This document shows, in pieces, positions 61,364 to 64,000 of a stretch of DNA of 64,000 nt. The stretch is from Octopus bimaculoides. Its lineage: Eukaryota. The position numbers and the translations under genes were made by a program. The notes beneath the pieces are model-generated. The model worked only from the letters and a program-made list of their open reading frames with translations. It was not told where the DNA came from and did no database searches. Each line of letters begins with the position of its first letter. Within the stretch, counting starts at the first letter, position 1. The stretch is from positions 60,156,892-60,220,891 of the forward strand of contig NC_068988.1 in NCBI RefSeq assembly GCF_001194135.2. The letters run 5' to 3'.

Positions 61364-64000
61364 AAGTATGGAAAGCAATTCAATTTAGGAAAAATTAAAT
61401 GACTAGATTTTTAAAAGAATATTTGCATAGTACTCAAATACAAGGGGCATTTTCCTAATATATATATTACAAAACGCAAGAAAATTGCAAGATAGTTTCA
61501 CTGTTAGTAATATTAGTTTGACAAATGAAGGAATAAATATAGTGTAAAGGCATAGTTTATCGAACAGATTCTTATGTCAGGTAGTAGCGAAATTTTCAGA
61601 ATGGACACGAAAATGTTGAAAAGCAGAGCGAGGTAAACATGCAAGTGGATTAGGATCGTGTGGTCGGGCTTTTACTAACGAGAGGAGGTATGGTTGAGGA
61701 TTTATGCTTTTATCTCTATAGATATTGCTCTGCTCGTTGATATTCGTTTGTGAGCGCGTGTGCATGTGTGGAGTATATGTGGATAGAGTGTACACTAACA
61801 CACACACACTTATATAGTCATTGCGTGTATGCACATGTACGTATCTGAAATACGCGTTCATTTTGTGAGAATGTGTGTGGTTGGTGACATCAGCAGCGTC
61901 TGTCTGCATGTGTGACTATGAGTAACTATGTGTATTTGTAGGTTAGTGAGTGTATGTGTCGCAATGTGAATATGCTTCAGTGCGCGTGTAGGTATGCCTC
62001 TGTGGTATATAAATGCATGTTTCCGCTTGACTTTGTATATACTGGAGTGATAAAATGAATCACAATGTATGGTTTAAGGAGATGAATGATTGTGTGTGTG
62101 TAAGTATATAGACACGCTTAAAAGCGAACGGATATCAGAGTGTATAGTGGTCTGTACATATATTCTTAGTTGGATCTTTGGTATTGTGTTTAGGTGTGTG
62201 CGAGTGCATGTCATTGTGTATGTACTTGTGCGGGCGCGCGCACACACACGCAAGCACACACAGGCATGCACACACGCATGCACATATACAGAAGCGTTCT
62301 TGAGTGTTTGTATATATTAATGCACTTAATTCGTAAAACGGAATGATTTACGGTGTGCAAGAGTGCGTGCGTGTGGTTATAAATCTATGCGTGTGTGTAC
62401 CGCTTTGGATCCAAACGTTAAGTTGAATGGAAGTTCACTATTAGCAGTAAGACGAATATAGTGGAAAATTTTCAAAACTTCTCTGTGCACATGGTTTTTA
62501 CTGTTTCTTCTTTTGTAATTTCACTGAATTCCTAATGTGATATTTTGGTATGAATTATAATTAATTTTCTGTGTGATGGCATGACTAGAGAGAAGCTTTG
62601 TAAAGCAAAAATAGAAAATAACAGAAAAGAAAATTAAGTGATTATCATTATTATCATGACTAACATTCTCATATTTCGATGACTAACGCATGTGTACTTG
62701 TAATTTATAGTTCTTCATACAAGATTCAATATGATGTTTTATATTTTATCTCTGTTCCAATATTTAGAAATGGATACAATTTCAGATTTTCAACTGCATA
62801 TTTAATTTCAAGTTTGAATAGTATAATGTGGATTCAATAAGACTTCTTAGCAACATCGTTCTATCTCCTTTTAGAACCGCTAGCATTATTTAAAAATCTC
62901 ACAAGACAGCAAAATACAAATGGAAAAGAGTAACATCAAGATTTATTTTTCGTTTTAATAAAGAAGAAATTAACGATCGTTAAATGCTTTAGGCTACAGT
63001 TATTTTTACAATCTAGCTTCAATTTTGTGTGTGTCTGTGTGTCTGTGTATCCCTGTGAGTGTGTCGGTGTTTGTGTGTACATATGTGTGTGTTTATAAAT
63101 ATTGAAATATTTCTTCGTATTTAACCTTGATTAAAGTTTCTTCCAAATGGAAAATATTTTCCCCAATAGACATTAACTCTAATTTAAATGATTAAATTTT
63201 CTTGCTCTTACTTGTATGGATTTTGAAGGAAAACAAAAATATTTTTGAAATGAATACCCTGCTTCCCTCAGGTTGAATTTCATCATTCATTCGCTAACAA
63301 GTCAATTTCTACCATAGTTAAAATAACAATGAATACGTTACGTTTTGGTGCTGGTAGCACATGCTCTGTGACTAACAAGCTGGATAAATAAAACAATTGG
63401 TACACAGATGGTTAATTCTATGATTTGTATCCTTCAGTTACAGCTATTTACCTTCTATGTTCAAATCCCTAAATTTTGAGGAGCGATGGGATACGTTCGA
63501 GTGAACAAACGAACAGTTGATTTTATGAAGTATGACAGTGTTATTGAAGGTGAACATAGAGGTTGCGATTCCAATCTAAAACTTAATAGAGTGGATATGT
63601 TCATGACTTCTGTATTTAACTATGTTCCTTCGTTTTTGCTTCTTTCTTGGGAACAACAGCAACCTTGTTTACTTCCTGTAAAAAAGGAAGGTATTCATGG
63701 GCGTCTAAACTAGCTTGCTATAAACAGCAACCAAATTCACTTGATATACAGACACATCAGATACCGTTGATTGAGAGAAAGAGAGGAACTGAGTGATATA
63801 ACTCCACTTTATCGTGCCCGGAAGTATGAATGGAAAATATGACTTCAGTAGTATTTGAAGACATAGGAGATATATTTGGCAAAAGCACAAGATTTACTTC
63901 ACAAAATATAACTACTGTACCAATTCGCCGTATCAAACCCGAATATCTATGTCATTGGCGCTAGGACAATATTTCTTTTCAATGTTTTACGTTTCACGCA

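Overview
This is a 64-kb AT-rich eukaryotic draft-assembly window with ten N-gaps and very dense microsatellites: (TA)n, (CA)n, (ATT)n, (AGT)n and (GATA)n. The repeat landscape resembles a coleoid cephalopod (Octopus-like); that is an inference, not provable here. No intact recognisable host gene, rRNA, functional tRNA or CRISPR array is visible, and almost all listed ORFs are microsatellite, gap or transposon artefacts. The window is a transposon graveyard: R4/Dong-type RLE LINEs (at least 8 pieces, tied to AAT/ATT tracts), two L1/Tx1-type elements, a CR1-group RT fragment, an RTE fragment, several Penelope-like (PLE) fragments, two mariner (DD34D) and two DD41D-type Tc1/mariner remnants, and at least three tRNA-derived SINE families. 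The most interesting signals are: (1) a SINE and the CR1-group LINE share a 3' tail whose stem-loop shows compensatory base changes; (2) an ORF1-only (HAL1-like) Tx1 derivative with an extra unexplained C-terminal domain; (3) RT-deleted LINEs that keep both termini; (4) stacked same-orientation Dong insertions in (ATT)n; (5) a near-intact minimal type I hammerhead ribozyme with an extended stem II; (6) a PLE carrying a tRNA-type Pol III unit and a twin-priming-like inversion; (7) a palindromic DD41D element built from two 3' ends. A repeat-poor block at 46-52 kb holds weak, mutually exclusive hints of host coding sequence. All translations and alignments were done by eye.
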